Notes: generated from the sequence alone by a model not told the origin. 64,000 nucleotides of DNA from Phormidium sp. (GCA_051013385.1 CP143273.1:64001-128000), one strand, 5' to 3'; counted from the stretch's first letter, positions 18,618 through 28,604 are shown. Numbers and translations: made by a program.

Positions 18618-20012
18618 ATGGATACTTTCAGGGCATCTATCCAAGGGCTAGAAAGGGTTGATGAATTGAGACAAAAGCGAGGTTGGTCAAAAACAGAGGA
18701 TGCTTGGTGGGGATTGGCTAATACTTCCAAGGCAACTTTAAAACGATTTTGGAGAAGGATACCAATTCAAGAAGCTGCTTTTAGCAATATTTGTCAAGCT
18801 GTCGGACTGGATAACTGGGAAGAAATTGTCGATCGTAGTTTGATTGAGCATTCGACTAAGATTAACTCTTATCTTGATGATGAAGATGGGTGGGTGGGTC
18901 GATCGCAACTCCTTACCCAGCTAAGTGCTAAACTTCAAGGAGCCTGTAGAATCCTCATCCTCACTGGCATTACTGGCATCGGAAAAACCGCTTTAGCCCA
19001 AAGATTGGCGATGCAGTTACAAGGCGATTTCCCCCAAGTATTCCGCGTAAATTTTGACAATCAGGAAAATACAGACTTTATTAATGTAGCAGATCAATTA
19101 CTGACAGGTTGGGGAGAAACTGTCACGCCAGAAAATCGTAAAGAGCCACAGCAGTTACTCCTTTGGGTAGTCAGTCAGTTGCGGCAAAATCGCTATTTAT
19201 TAGTCATCGATTCGCTAGAACTGATCTTAGAAGGAAATGCAGAAACGGGATGGAGTAATTTTAAGGATCGGTGGTGGGAGAATTTTTTTCAAAGTTTGCT
19301 ATCTACAAATTCTTGCCAGAGTCGCATCATTCTCACATCTCAAGATTTACCAGGGCAATTAGAAGTTGTTGGTTTGCGTTATCCAATCTTTTGGTATTGT
19401 CAATCTTTGCGCGGATTTACGAAAGCAGAACAGTTAGAGTTTTTTCACAAAACCGGGTTAGATGTTAGCACAGAATCACCTGCCAAAACTTATTTAGAAA
19501 GAATTGGTGCTGCTTATGAAGGACATCCTTTAGCATTAAGAGCGATCGCCGGAGAAATTATCAACCATCCTTTCAACCGCAATGTTATCGCATATTGGAA
19601 ACAATATGGGCATGAAATAGAAGAAGTTGAGCAGATTAAGCAACAACCAGAAATTGAATCAGCAGCAGATTCTTTAAAGCTCGATCGCTACAATCGCAAC
19701 TTACAAAGAGCAGTAAAACAGCAACTTGAAAAAACCTTCGATCGCCTAGCTAAAGATGTCCCCCATGCTTATTTACTATTAAGCTTTAGTTCCGTATATC
19801 GTCGCGCCGTACCAGAAAGTTTTTATCTTAAAACTTTGGCAGGTTTCGGGTTAGATGGAGAGCGGCAAGAAATAGCTTTAGATGCGTTGCGCGATCGCTA
19901 CTTACTTGAAGAAGAAGTAACTAACGATGATTTGCTTTTAAGACAACACAATTTAATTCGCAGTGTAGCCTTATCTCACCTGAAAAACTGGAAAACTAAG
20001 GGGCAACTATGA
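18618..20012 (+). CDS. NB-ARC/STAND-type ATPase with N-terminal putative HTH
   Basis: SKATLKRFW..IQEAAFSNICQAVGL N-domain; WVGR; Walker A GITGIGKT; Walker B LLVIDS; GHPLAL; terminal QHNLIR. Confidence 0.85.
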   Translation: MDTFRASIQGLERVDELRQKRGWSKTEDAWWGLANTSKATLKRFWRRIPIQEAAFSNICQAVGLDNWEEIVDRSLIEHSTKINSYLDDEDGWVGRSQLLTQLSAKLQGACRILILTGITGIGKTALAQRLAMQLQGDFPQVFRVNFDNQENTDFINVADQLLTGWGETVTPENRKEPQQLLLWVVSQLRQNRYLLVIDSLELILEGNAETGWSNFKDRWWENFFQSLLSTNSCQSRIILTSQDLPGQLEVVGLRYPIFWYCQSLRGFTKAEQLEFFHKTGLDVSTESPAKTYLERIGAAYEGHPLALRAIAGEIINHPFNRNVIAYWKQYGHEIEEVEQIKQQPEIESAADSLKLDRYNRNLQRAVKQQLEKTFDRLAKDVPHAYLLLSFSSVYRRAVPESFYLKTLAGFGLDGERQEIALDALRDRYLLEEEVTNDDLLLRQHNLIRSVALSHLKNWKTKGQL

Positions 20013-21466
20013 CAAATTATTTCCCGGAATCAGAACTAAAAAATCAAGCATCTCTCAAAGAGATTAACTTTACTACTGGTGGCGAATTAGTATTGCATCA
20101 GTTGGGTATTGATTTGTCAACATCTCAACTGCTCAATCTTTCTCCTTGGGAATTTGCTCATTACATGGCTATAGAAAATTGGCTGACTGAATATCAACCT
20201 AAACCCGATGCTTCTTACCTAGAACAAGTCCAGGGATATTTGGAAGCATTCCACCATCTTTGCGAACTTTCTGATTGGGAAAAAGCAAGTAGGATACTTT
20301 TTATTAACCACAATTATAGCAGTAAACCCTTACACGAACAACTAGGTAATTGCGGTTACTATCGCGAACAAATAGAGCTTTACAGTAGACTTTTAGACAA
20401 ATTAAATCGAGATTTAGATTGTATTTTTCTCCATGGCTTAGGTTGGGCTTATTACCATTTAGGACAGCCAGTTCCTGCTATTGATTACCATCAAAAACTA
20501 TTAGAAATTGCCTGTGAAATTCAAAACCGTAAAGCAGAAGCGCAAGCCAGAGGTGGCTTAGGTAGAATCTATTATTGGTGTTTAGATCGATTCGAGATTG
20601 CACTAGGACACTATCAGGAACAATTAAAAATTGCTCGTGAAATCAAAGAGCAAAAACAAGAAATAGAAGCACTCGATGGTTTAGCCGATGTTTATATGAT
20701 TTTCGGCAAATTCCAAAAGTCGATTCAATATCTTCAACAAGCCTTGATAATATCTCGTCAAATCGGAGATGTAGACATGGAGTTAATTATCTTAAAGAGT
20801 TTAGGTAGCGCTTACAGATTGATGGGACGGTCCGATCGAGGATTGAAATTTTGTCAACAAATATTAGATAATTACGATCGGATTAGCGATCGCCGTCAAC
20901 AATGGTCAATCCTACAGGAGTTGGGTACTATATACATTACTCTAAATCAATATCAAAATGCCATAGAATACCTGGAAAAAGCTTTGCAAATTATTCAAGA
21001 GATTGGCGATAAATTTGGAGAAAGTCATACCTTAGCTGCTATCGGTGCTATGTACGCTCGATCGGGAAAATATGATACGGCAATTAGTTACTTTAAACCA
21101 CATTTAAGGATAACTCAAAAAATTGGAAACCGCTACTTAGAAGGTTTTGCTAGAGCGAATATTTCTTATTGCTACGGATGTTCAAAACAGGATAAAAAGG
21201 CGATAATATATGCTAAATCGGCGATGAAGATTGCTCGTGAAATTGGCGATCGACAGTTAAAAGGCACATCTATAATTATGTTTGCTTGTGCCTACTGGTA
21301 CAAGAAAAAATATTTGCGTAGTTTGCTCTTAGCAGCGATCGCCATCATAATTCTTCCCCCTTGGAGAAGTGAAAATGGTAAAGTCCTATTCAATACAGTA
21401 ATTAAGACGATCGGCAAACTTTTGGCAACAATCATTAAACATTTTTTAAATATTTTTAATCCGTGA
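20009..21466 (+). CDS. Tetratricopeptide repeat protein
   Basis: Multiple TPR units (LGxAY..LG..AI.Y.Q.AL.IAREIGD); ATGA overlap with the ATPase stop. Confidence 0.9.
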   Translation: MTNYFPESELKNQASLKEINFTTGGELVLHQLGIDLSTSQLLNLSPWEFAHYMAIENWLTEYQPKPDASYLEQVQGYLEAFHHLCELSDWEKASRILFINHNYSSKPLHEQLGNCGYYREQIELYSRLLDKLNRDLDCIFLHGLGWAYYHLGQPVPAIDYHQKLLEIACEIQNRKAEAQARGGLGRIYYWCLDRFEIALGHYQEQLKIAREIKEQKQEIEALDGLADVYMIFGKFQKSIQYLQQALIISRQIGDVDMELIILKSLGSAYRLMGRSDRGLKFCQQILDNYDRISDRRQQWSILQELGTIYITLNQYQNAIEYLEKALQIIQEIGDKFGESHTLAAIGAMYARSGKYDTAISYFKPHLRITQKIGNRYLEGFARANISYCYGCSKQDKKAIIYAKSAMKIAREIGDRQLKGTSIIMFACAYWYKKKYLRSLLLAAIAIIILPPWRSENGKVLFNTVIKTIGKLLATIIKHFLNIFNP

Positions 21467-21470
21467 AATA

Positions 21471-21533
21471 GTAGGGACAGGGCATAGTTAATATTTGACA
21501 ACTTTCCCAAAAATTACAGATGCCCTGTCCCTA
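21471..21533. repeat. REPIN of the same family as those flanking the RAYT
   Basis: GTAGGGACAGGGCAT ... ATGCCCTGTCCCTAC. Confidence 0.9.
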
Positions 21534-21555
21534 CCTTTTTAAATTTACTTTAAAT

Positions 21556-21994
21556 TTAGCGCCTTTCCTCCAACCAATTCACCAAATCAGAAACATCAGA
21601 AAAATCAAACAAAGCCTCGTTTAAATCCTCCAATTGTGCCACAGATAAAACCTGAATTCGTGCTTGTAACTCAGGTGAGAACACACCAAAACGCCGCGTC
21701 AGCGGACGCATCACCATCCTCAGAGCTTCTTCTTGTCTTCCCTCTTCCAAAATATCTTGAAAAATCACCGATTCCCGCATACTTCTCTCCCGGAACAAAT
21801 TCCGAATCAAATTTTTGTTAAACCTTAATCCTGCTAGAACTTCAGTAGATAGTGACAGAATCAGCGCGAATTGGTTCTAAACTTAATTCAGTTTTTAACA
21901 CCTCGACGCTAGTTGTCGGTTCTCCCAATAACCAACTTGCGAATTTCTCAGGATACTTCTCGGCTAGATACTTGCATAAATTGTCAAATTGCAT
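21556..21994 (-). pseudogene. Rpn-like (DUF2887/DUF4351) gene with internal deletion and frameshift
   Basis: MQFDNLCKYLAEKYP..ELSLEPIRADSV stops early. The C-terminal part STEVLAGLRF..MRESVIFQDIL..LEDLNEALFDF is in another frame, and the middle is missing. Confidence 0.8.
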
Positions 21995-22086
21995 CTGATT
22001 TTAGATTAAAAATAGGTACGTTGTTGGGCTTTAGCGCTAACAAGAGCGCTGAAGCGCAACAACGTACTTAATATTAGCAACTGGCG

Positions 22087-22938
22087 TTATTTACTGACAA
22101 TTCCCGACCATTGCACTTTTTTTAACTGATCTCGGCGATAAGAAAAGAAGTAATCAGGTTGTTGATAAGTACAATGGGGAGAAATTGCTATTTGTTGTTC
22201 CGTAATTCCCATTTGGTTTAACTGTAATTCATTGATTCGGCGGACATCTAAACGCACTTTTCCGGGTTCGGAATCTGGGAAAATGGGAGAATTTGGTAAT
22301 TCTTGTAAAGCAGTTAAAATTGCTGTTTCCGAGTCAGCAGAAACAACGGTAGCGCCAACTTCTGCTGCTACTTCTTGAGAAACTTGATATACTTCTCCGG
22401 TAATGGCAGGGCCCATTGCGATGCGAAGATTTTCTAATTTGCTACCTTGGGAGAGGAGACGTGCGATCGCCAACGGTACAATTCTCTTAGCCGTACCCCG
22501 CCAACCTGCATGAATAGCCGCTACCTGTCCCGTTATTTCATCAGCAATTAAAACCGGAGTACAATCAGCAGTACAAACCCAAACCGCCTGCATTTCCCGT
22601 TCACTCACCAAAGCATCAGCTGGCGGTAAAGACTCAAACTCCGCCGTTCCCGCATCTTTTTCTCCACCCAAAAACTCTCTCACTTCACTGGGAGTTAACA
22701 CAACACTACCATGCACCTGTCTTACTCGGTAAAACTGAGCATCCTTGTGCAAAACCTGTACCAAATCTACCGGAAAACGTGGCGCAAACTGTCGGGTAAA
22801 AAAGCCATGCTGCCAGTTTGCCAACAAGCTACAAGTTAAATAAGGCAACCCTTCCCAAAAACACCATTGCCAAGTAGGGAAAGAATTAGCAGAATTGTTT
22901 AGTTCCAGTTCAGTTGTTTGGGGAGAAATCACGCTCAC
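22087..22938 (-). CDS. pgeF: PgeF/YfiH peptidoglycan editing factor (purine nucleoside phosphorylase-like)
   Basis: QVHGS, TADCTPVL, HAGWRG, GPAI, FFSYRR. Confidence 0.92.
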   Translation of the reverse strand: MSVISPQTTELELNNSANSFPTWQWCFWEGLPYLTCSLLANWQHGFFTRQFAPRFPVDLVQVLHKDAQFYRVRQVHGSVVLTPSEVREFLGGEKDAGTAEFESLPPADALVSEREMQAVWVCTADCTPVLIADEITGQVAAIHAGWRGTAKRIVPLAIARLLSQGSKLENLRIAMGPAITGEVYQVSQEVAAEVGATVVSADSETAILTALQELPNSPIFPDSEPGKVRLDVRRINELQLNQMGITEQQIAISPHCTYQQPDYFFSYRRDQLKKVQWSGIVSK

Positions 22939-23024
22939 AAAACTTTAGAAAACGACAGCGCTTTCTATGCTAACCTAATACCAAGATTTACTAAATCAAA
23001 AATCGCCTTTTCAAAAATCGCAAA

Positions 23025-23846
23025 TTGATTGTGGGATTCGATCGCCAAAAATTTACCGAAGCTCTGGAAACACTAAAACAGAACTATCACCATCAACAGC
23101 AACCTGTCAACAACCAAACCTTTACACTTCACCTATTTGACATACTCCCTTCCACCAATCAAAAACTTTGGCAATTAATTGAACAAGGCGCACCACCAGG
23201 AACCGTCGTCATCGCCAGCGAACAACAAGCAGGCAAAGGTCAATGGGGTCGGCAGTGGTATTCGCCCCCTGGTGGATTATACTTATCTGTGTCATTAGCT
23301 CCCAATTTACCAGTAAAACAGGGTGCCCAACTAACCATGAGTAGCGCTTGGGGAATAGCGCAAAATTTACGCAAACTTGGTATACCAGTCAACCTCAAAT
23401 GGCCTAACGATCTGGTAATTTCTAAATATAAACTTGGGGGCATTCTTACAGAAACCAGGGTGCAGCAAGAGCGCATCACCAAAGCAGTAATTGGTGTTGG
23501 TATCAATTGGGTTAACCCAGTTCCAGAAACAGGCATAAACCTGCAATCTTGGCAAGAAAATCATCCTGGATTAATATCTTCACTAGAAATGTTAGCTGCC
23601 CTTACCTTAACGGGAATCGTATCGGGATACGATTACTGGCAGCAGGAAGGAGTAGCTGCTCTGTTGCTGTCTTACGAAAAATTGCTAAATAACTTATGGT
23701 GTTCAGTAGAAATTAATGGACAACAAGCAGTGATAGTTGGAGTTTCTGAAAATGGGGACTTGCGAGTTTGCTTAAATAATGCTGGGGAAACCCCCGCTTC
23801 GGAAATACATCTACCAGTCGGTACAATCAATTTGGGTTATTCTTAA
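23025..23846 (+). CDS. birA: Biotin--[acetyl-CoA carboxylase] ligase
   Basis: STNQ, QQAGKGQWGRQWYSP, LKWPND, KLGGILTE, GVGIN. Start possibly GTG 23031. Confidence 0.92.
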   Translation: MIVGFDRQKFTEALETLKQNYHHQQQPVNNQTFTLHLFDILPSTNQKLWQLIEQGAPPGTVVIASEQQAGKGQWGRQWYSPPGGLYLSVSLAPNLPVKQGAQLTMSSAWGIAQNLRKLGIPVNLKWPNDLVISKYKLGGILTETRVQQERITKAVIGVGINWVNPVPETGINLQSWQENHPGLISSLEMLAALTLTGIVSGYDYWQQEGVAALLLSYEKLLNNLWCSVEINGQQAVIVGVSENGDLRVCLNNAGETPASEIHLPVGTINLGYS

Positions 23847-23875
23847 AAAATTTTGTGACTAATTAATACGGTGTG

Positions 23876-25720
23876 ATGGAAATGGAAAAACCAGATTACG
23901 AAAACGAGCAAATAAAAGTAAAGAACCCAGAAAATCAACCAACAGAAAGAGCAGTAAGCGATTCGCCTAATTCTGCTGATTTTTGGCAACGTTCCTTGCT
24001 GATGAATGGGTTAGGGTGCTTGGGAGCGATAAGCCTAACGGCACGCTTCGCGATCGCATTTCTTAGCAGTAGTATAGTTTGGGTGGACAATTCTCACTCC
24101 GGCACAGCCCTCGCTGCACCCGACATCCCAGACATCATGCCCAAAGCAGTGCCAGACGCTCCCACATCAGCAACAAAAGCGCCTGAGCCAGTATTCATTA
24201 GACGCACCCCCAACCCTTCACCCAGTAACACCAGAACTCGCACTCAAAACCGAGTTTCTCAATCTCGGAGCAACAGCGGCAACAACAGCACCAACTCCTA
24301 CATTGACCCAACAGATTACAACATCGGAGCAACCAGTAGACGAGATCTCCCTGGACGTTCCTATCAACCACCCAGCGCAGTAGTATTCCGGGAACGTAAC
24401 AAACCTCGTCAGCGAGTAGTTAGAGAACAATTCACTATTGAAAAGCCTAGCGCAGATGTAGCAAAAGTCAGACCCAGAGCCAGAAGAAGTACTGTAACTG
24501 TTCGCCGTCGTGATACATCCCGCACTCAAATTAGCCGTACCCCCAGAACTTTCGACGTTGAGCGCCCAAGTTCTGCCGAAATCAGTCGCGCCCCTAGAAC
24601 TTATGAAATCGAACGACGTACTCGTTCTACCCGAATTAGTCGCGCCCCTAGAAGAACTTATGAAATCGAACGACGTACTCGTTCTACCCGAATCAGTCGC
24701 GCCCGCAGAACTTATGAAATCGAACGACGTACTCGTTCTACCGAAATCAGTCGCGCCCGCAGAACTTTTGAAATTGAGCGTATAACTATAGAACCTTCAA
24801 ACTCCCGTATTTCCCGAAGACGTTCCCATGAAGGAATACAGAATACCGAAACAGCTAGAGCAACGCGACGGCGAGGTACAACCATAGCAGCTGCCAATCA
24901 AGTGAGAGTTGGCCCAATTAAGGTAACTCCCAATGGCATCAAGATGAGTCGCAGTGGAGTGATTAGAAGGGGTGAAACTCAAATTGCCAGCACTAATATC
25001 AATGGGTTAATCGGCGGTTCCCGGAACAATCAAATTTCTCGGAATCGGGCTTTAAGTTATTATTACAACTCCGTCAACCCCAGCGATTCATCAGATAACG
25101 AATCCAACCACACCAATCTAGCCATGATTTTCCCCTTGGCTATTCCCGCCCAAATTACTTCTATGTTTGGCTGGCGAATCCACCCTGTTACAGGAGAGAG
25201 GGGTTTTCATGCTGGCACAGATATTGGCGCACCGATGGGAACACCTGTGTTAGCGGCTCATGCGGGTAGGGTAGCCCTTGCTGATTTCTTGGGCGGTTAC
25301 GGTTTGGCAGTGGTATTGCGTCACAATCAAGATGCACAAGAAACTCGCTACGGTCATCTATCGGAAGTTACAGTTAAACCTGGAGATTGGGTAGAACAGG
25401 GCACAGTTATCGGTCGAGTTGGTGAGAGCGGTCATTCAAATGGCCCTCACCTGCATTTTGAAGTCCGGGAACAAACACCCCAAGGTTGGGTAGCTAAAGA
25501 CCCCGGAGTGCAGTTGGAATATTCTCTAGCTCGATTGGTGCGGGCTTTCCAAAGTGGTCAGGCAACTTTACCACAGGAAGTCCAACCTTATGAGGTGCCA
25601 CCAAATACCTTACAAACAGAAAAGTTATCGCCCCAAATTCCGGTACCTAGCGCTGAGTTACCTGTAATCGCTATACCTGGAACGGATGCACCGCCTGCGT
25701 TGTTTTCTGCTGGCGAGTAA
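23876..25720 (+). CDS. M23-family peptidase with Arg-rich repeat region
   Basis: C-terminal HAGTDIG, YGHLS and GPHLHFE; internal RTYEIERRTRSTRISRA repeats. Start uncertain. Confidence 0.88.
   Translation: MEMEKPDYENEQIKVKNPENQPTERAVSDSPNSADFWQRSLLMNGLGCLGAISLTARFAIAFLSSSIVWVDNSHSGTALAAPDIPDIMPKAVPDAPTSATKAPEPVFIRRTPNPSPSNTRTRTQNRVSQSRSNSGNNSTNSYIDPTDYNIGATSRRDLPGRSYQPPSAVVFRERNKPRQRVVREQFTIEKPSADVAKVRPRARRSTVTVRRRDTSRTQISRTPRTFDVERPSSAEISRAPRTYEIERRTRSTRISRAPRRTYEIERRTRSTRISRARRTYEIERRTRSTEISRARRTFEIERITIEPSNSRISRRRSHEGIQNTETARATRRRGTTIAAANQVRVGPIKVTPNGIKMSRSGVIRRGETQIASTNINGLIGGSRNNQISRNRALSYYYNSVNPSDSSDNESNHTNLAMIFPLAIPAQITSMFGWRIHPVTGERGFHAGTDIGAPMGTPVLAAHAGRVALADFLGGYGLAVVLRHNQDAQETRYGHLSEVTVKPGDWVEQGTVIGRVGESGHSNGPHLHFEVREQTPQGWVAKDPGVQLEYSLARLVRAFQSGQATLPQEVQPYEVPPNTLQTEKLSPQIPVPSAELPVIAIPGTDAPPALFSAGE
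24026..24057 (-). mobile_element. 24-nt SDR-like insertion in a HIP1 site, in frame within the M23 gene
   Basis: Minus strand reads GCG-[ATCGCGAAGCGTGCCGTTAGGCTT]-ATCGC; related to the inserts at 38995 and 40094. Confidence 0.7.
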
Positions 25721-25749
25721 TTTCTAGGCAGGGGAGATGGGGGGCTCTC

Positions 25750-25880
25750 GGTGCAGGGGGGCAGAGGGGCAGAGGGGCAGAGGGGCAGAGGGGCAGAGGG
25801 GCAGGGGAGCAAGAAAACTCTTTAACTCAAAACTCAAAACTCAAAACTCAAAACTCAAAACTCAAAACTTCCCCCTGTCC
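25750..25880 (+). repeat. (AGAGGGGC)n plus (ACTCAAA)n repeats
   Basis: Tandem units between the convergent M23 and ribE genes. Confidence 0.9.
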
Positions 25881-25887
25881 CCAGTCT

Positions 25888-26541
25888 TCAAAGATAGCCG
25901 TTTTCGATTAAGAATTCTGGTGTTATGCTTTGGGATGATTTGGGGAAATTTACGAGTTTTTCGACGTATTTGCCTAAGATATCGGCTTCTAGGTTTACTT
26001 GGCTACCGTTTTTTAATAGGTAGAGGTTGGTGTGGGCGTAGGTGTGGGGAATGACTGCGACTTTGAACCATCTGCCGTCTGTGTTGGATTCGGCTACGGT
26101 TAAGCTTACGCCGTTTACGGTGATGCTGCCTTTGGGGACGATGTAACGGGCGACTGATTCGGGGGCAGTAAAACTTATTTCCCAGGAGTTGGCGGTTTGT
26201 TCTACTGTTTCTAGACAACCTACTCCGTCAATGTGTCCGGTTACGAAGTGTCCGCCTAGTTTGCTTCCGACTCGGAGTGAGGTTTCTAGGTTGACGCTGT
26301 TGTATTCTAGTTTTTCTTTGCCTAAGCGGGTGCGACTGAGGGTTTCTCTTGAGGCGGTGGCTAGAAATCCTTGGGCTAGTATTTCTTCGACGGTGAGGCA
26401 AATGCCGTCTACGGCTACGCTGTCACCGATCGCTAAATCCCCCAAAATCACTTCGGCTGTCTGTTGGGCACAGGTGATGCTGACGCGATCGCCACTCTGA
26501 AATTGAATCGTTCCTAAACTCTGAATTAGTCCTGTAAACAC
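25888..26541 (-). CDS. ribE: Riboflavin synthase (alpha chain)
   Basis: FTGLIQ start motif at GTG 26541; GDSVAVDGICLTV; GGHFVTGHIDG; VNLEADILGKYV. Confidence 0.95.
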   Translation of the reverse strand: MFTGLIQSLGTIQFQSGDRVSITCAQQTAEVILGDLAIGDSVAVDGICLTVEEILAQGFLATASRETLSRTRLGKEKLEYNSVNLETSLRVGSKLGGHFVTGHIDGVGCLETVEQTANSWEISFTAPESVARYIVPKGSITVNGVSLTVAESNTDGRWFKVAVIPHTYAHTNLYLLKNGSQVNLEADILGKYVEKLVNFPKSSQSITPEFLIENGYL

Positions 26542-26884
26542 GGCTTTTAGAAAAATTTTATTTTTAGTTCCTAATTTTATGGTATATATGCCTCTCAAAC
26601 CTACTTGTCCAACCACCTGAAGGAATGTAATTTTTTTAGGGAAATGTGAAAATTTTGCTGGCACGGTTAGGATCAGAGTCAAGACCCTGGCATACTAGGG
26701 AATGTAAAGACATTCTTATTGAATGGTATCGGTTTGACTTCGCCTGGTTATAACTGCCAGTATTGAGTTTAATCGGTCACTTTCTCAAACCCTAAACTCT
26801 AGGGTACTAACCTTAAAAAGTTCAGTACCAGATTATCGTATAAATGTAATCTCCTTTGCCAAAGGTATTCTATAGGCTAAACCA

Positions 26885-27388
26885 ATGATAGAGATGAAAG
26901 TCGCTGGAATTGCAGTTGATGCAATCACGCGCAGCCCAATTGTACTCCTGAAAGATGGGACTGAGCGACGGGCTTTGCCGATCTACATCGGTCAAGATCA
27001 GGCAAAGTCAATTATCGCCGCCTTGGAAAATCAAGCTCCTCCCCGACCTCTGACCCACGATTTGCTGGTAAATATGTTGGAAGCGTGGGAAATGAAGGTG
27101 GAGCGAATTATTATTCACTCCCTACAGGACAATACTTTTTATGCGGTCTTGACTGTTCGCAAAGGTGAGATCAAAAAAGATATTGATGCTCGTCCTAGTG
27201 ATGCGATCGCAGTGGCGTTGCGTACCAATAGCCCCATCTGGGTGATGGAAGAAGTAATTGCTGATGCTTCTATTCCTGTGGATAGAGATGCTGATGAAGC
27301 AGAACAAAGGGCTTTTCGGGAATTTCTGGAAAATGTTAGACCCGAAGATTTGATTCAGCGACGTGGCTTCAGCAGTGGAGAAGCCTAA
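26885..27388 (+). CDS. Bifunctional nuclease family protein (DUF151)
   Basis: LPIYIG, PRPLTHDL, IDARPSDAIAVA. Confidence 0.92.
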   Translation: MIEMKVAGIAVDAITRSPIVLLKDGTERRALPIYIGQDQAKSIIAALENQAPPRPLTHDLLVNMLEAWEMKVERIIIHSLQDNTFYAVLTVRKGEIKKDIDARPSDAIAVALRTNSPIWVMEEVIADASIPVDRDADEAEQRAFREFLENVRPEDLIQRRGFSSGEA

Positions 27389-27391
27389 GTT

Positions 27392-27476
27392 GTCATTGGT
27401 CATTGGTCATTAGTCATTGGTTCACAAATGGCTGATCACAAATGACGGATGACAAATGGCAATTGACAAATGACTA
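27392..27476. repeat. STRR heptamers GTCATTG and inverted CAAATGAC
   Basis: Visible tandem heptamers in opposed orientation. Confidence 0.75.
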
Positions 27477-27479
27477 AAT

Positions 27480-28604
27480 ATGCGATATAGGCGTTTTGGT
27501 AAAACCAATCTCTGGCTCTCAGTGTTTTCTCTGGGAACTATGCGCTACTTGGAGTGTGAGGGTAATGCGATCGAAACCGTACAGCAAGCTGTGGCGCAAG
27601 GAATTAATCACATAGAAACAGCCAGAGGCTATGGAAAAAGTGAGGAATACCTGGGAGCAGCATTAAGCGCTGGTTTAGATTTACCACGCTCCCAACTTTA
27701 CATCACTAGTAAAATTCCCCCCACAGCCCAGGCTGATACCATGCGCCGCTATATCGATGATTCTCTGAAGCGGTTAAAAGTTGATTATTTGGATTGTTTG
27801 GCGATTCATGGGTTAAATACTTGGGAACATTTAGATTGGGTAGAAAATGGCTGTGTTTCGGTGGTGCAACAAGCGATCGCAGATGGTCAAGTACGACATT
27901 TTGGTTTTTCTACTCACGGCTCTTTAGAATTGATTTTGAAGGCGATCGACACAGGTTTATTTGAGTTCGTCAATCTGCATTATTATTACTTTTTCCAACG
28001 GAACGCCGCCGCCGTAGAATTAGCAACACAAAAGGATTTGGGAGTTTTCATTATCTCACCTGCTGATAAGGGCGGACGCTTATTTTCCCCACCACCAAAG
28101 TTAAAAGATTTGTGTGCGCCTTTATCTCCTTTAGCTTTGAATTATCGGTTTTTGTTGAGCGATCGCCGCATCACTACCCTGAGTCTAGGAGCCGCTAATC
28201 CCGCCGAACTATCTGGGCCTTTGAGTATAGCAGATCGAGATTACCCTCTGACAACTGAGGAATTAAAAATTTTAGAGGGTCTGCAATCTCATCAATCAGC
28301 TACTCTGGGAACAGACAAATGTAGCCAGTGTTATGCTTGTCTTCCTTGTCCCGAAAATATTAATATTCCTGAAGTTTTACGACTACGAAATCTTGCGGTT
28401 GCTTACGATATGACAGATTATGGTCAATATCGTTATCGAATGTTTGAAAATGCTGGACATTGGTTTCCCGGAGTTAAAGCTAACCGCTGTACTTCCTGCG
28501 GTGAATGTCTCCCCCGTTGTCCAGAAAATTTGGATATTCCCTCTCTGTTAAATGATACCCATCAACGCTTAAATGGCCCAAGTCGCCGCCGACTTTGGGA
28601 ATAA
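27480..28604 (+). CDS. Aldo/keto reductase with C-terminal 4Fe-4S dicluster
   Basis: MRYRRFGKT, HIETARGYG, GFSTHG, CSQCYACLPCP, CTSCGECLPRCP. Confidence 0.92.
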   Translation: MRYRRFGKTNLWLSVFSLGTMRYLECEGNAIETVQQAVAQGINHIETARGYGKSEEYLGAALSAGLDLPRSQLYITSKIPPTAQADTMRRYIDDSLKRLKVDYLDCLAIHGLNTWEHLDWVENGCVSVVQQAIADGQVRHFGFSTHGSLELILKAIDTGLFEFVNLHYYYFFQRNAAAVELATQKDLGVFIISPADKGGRLFSPPPKLKDLCAPLSPLALNYRFLLSDRRITTLSLGAANPAELSGPLSIADRDYPLTTEELKILEGLQSHQSATLGTDKCSQCYACLPCPENINIPEVLRLRNLAVAYDMTDYGQYRYRMFENAGHWFPGVKANRCTSCGECLPRCPENLDIPSLLNDTHQRLNGPSRRRLWE

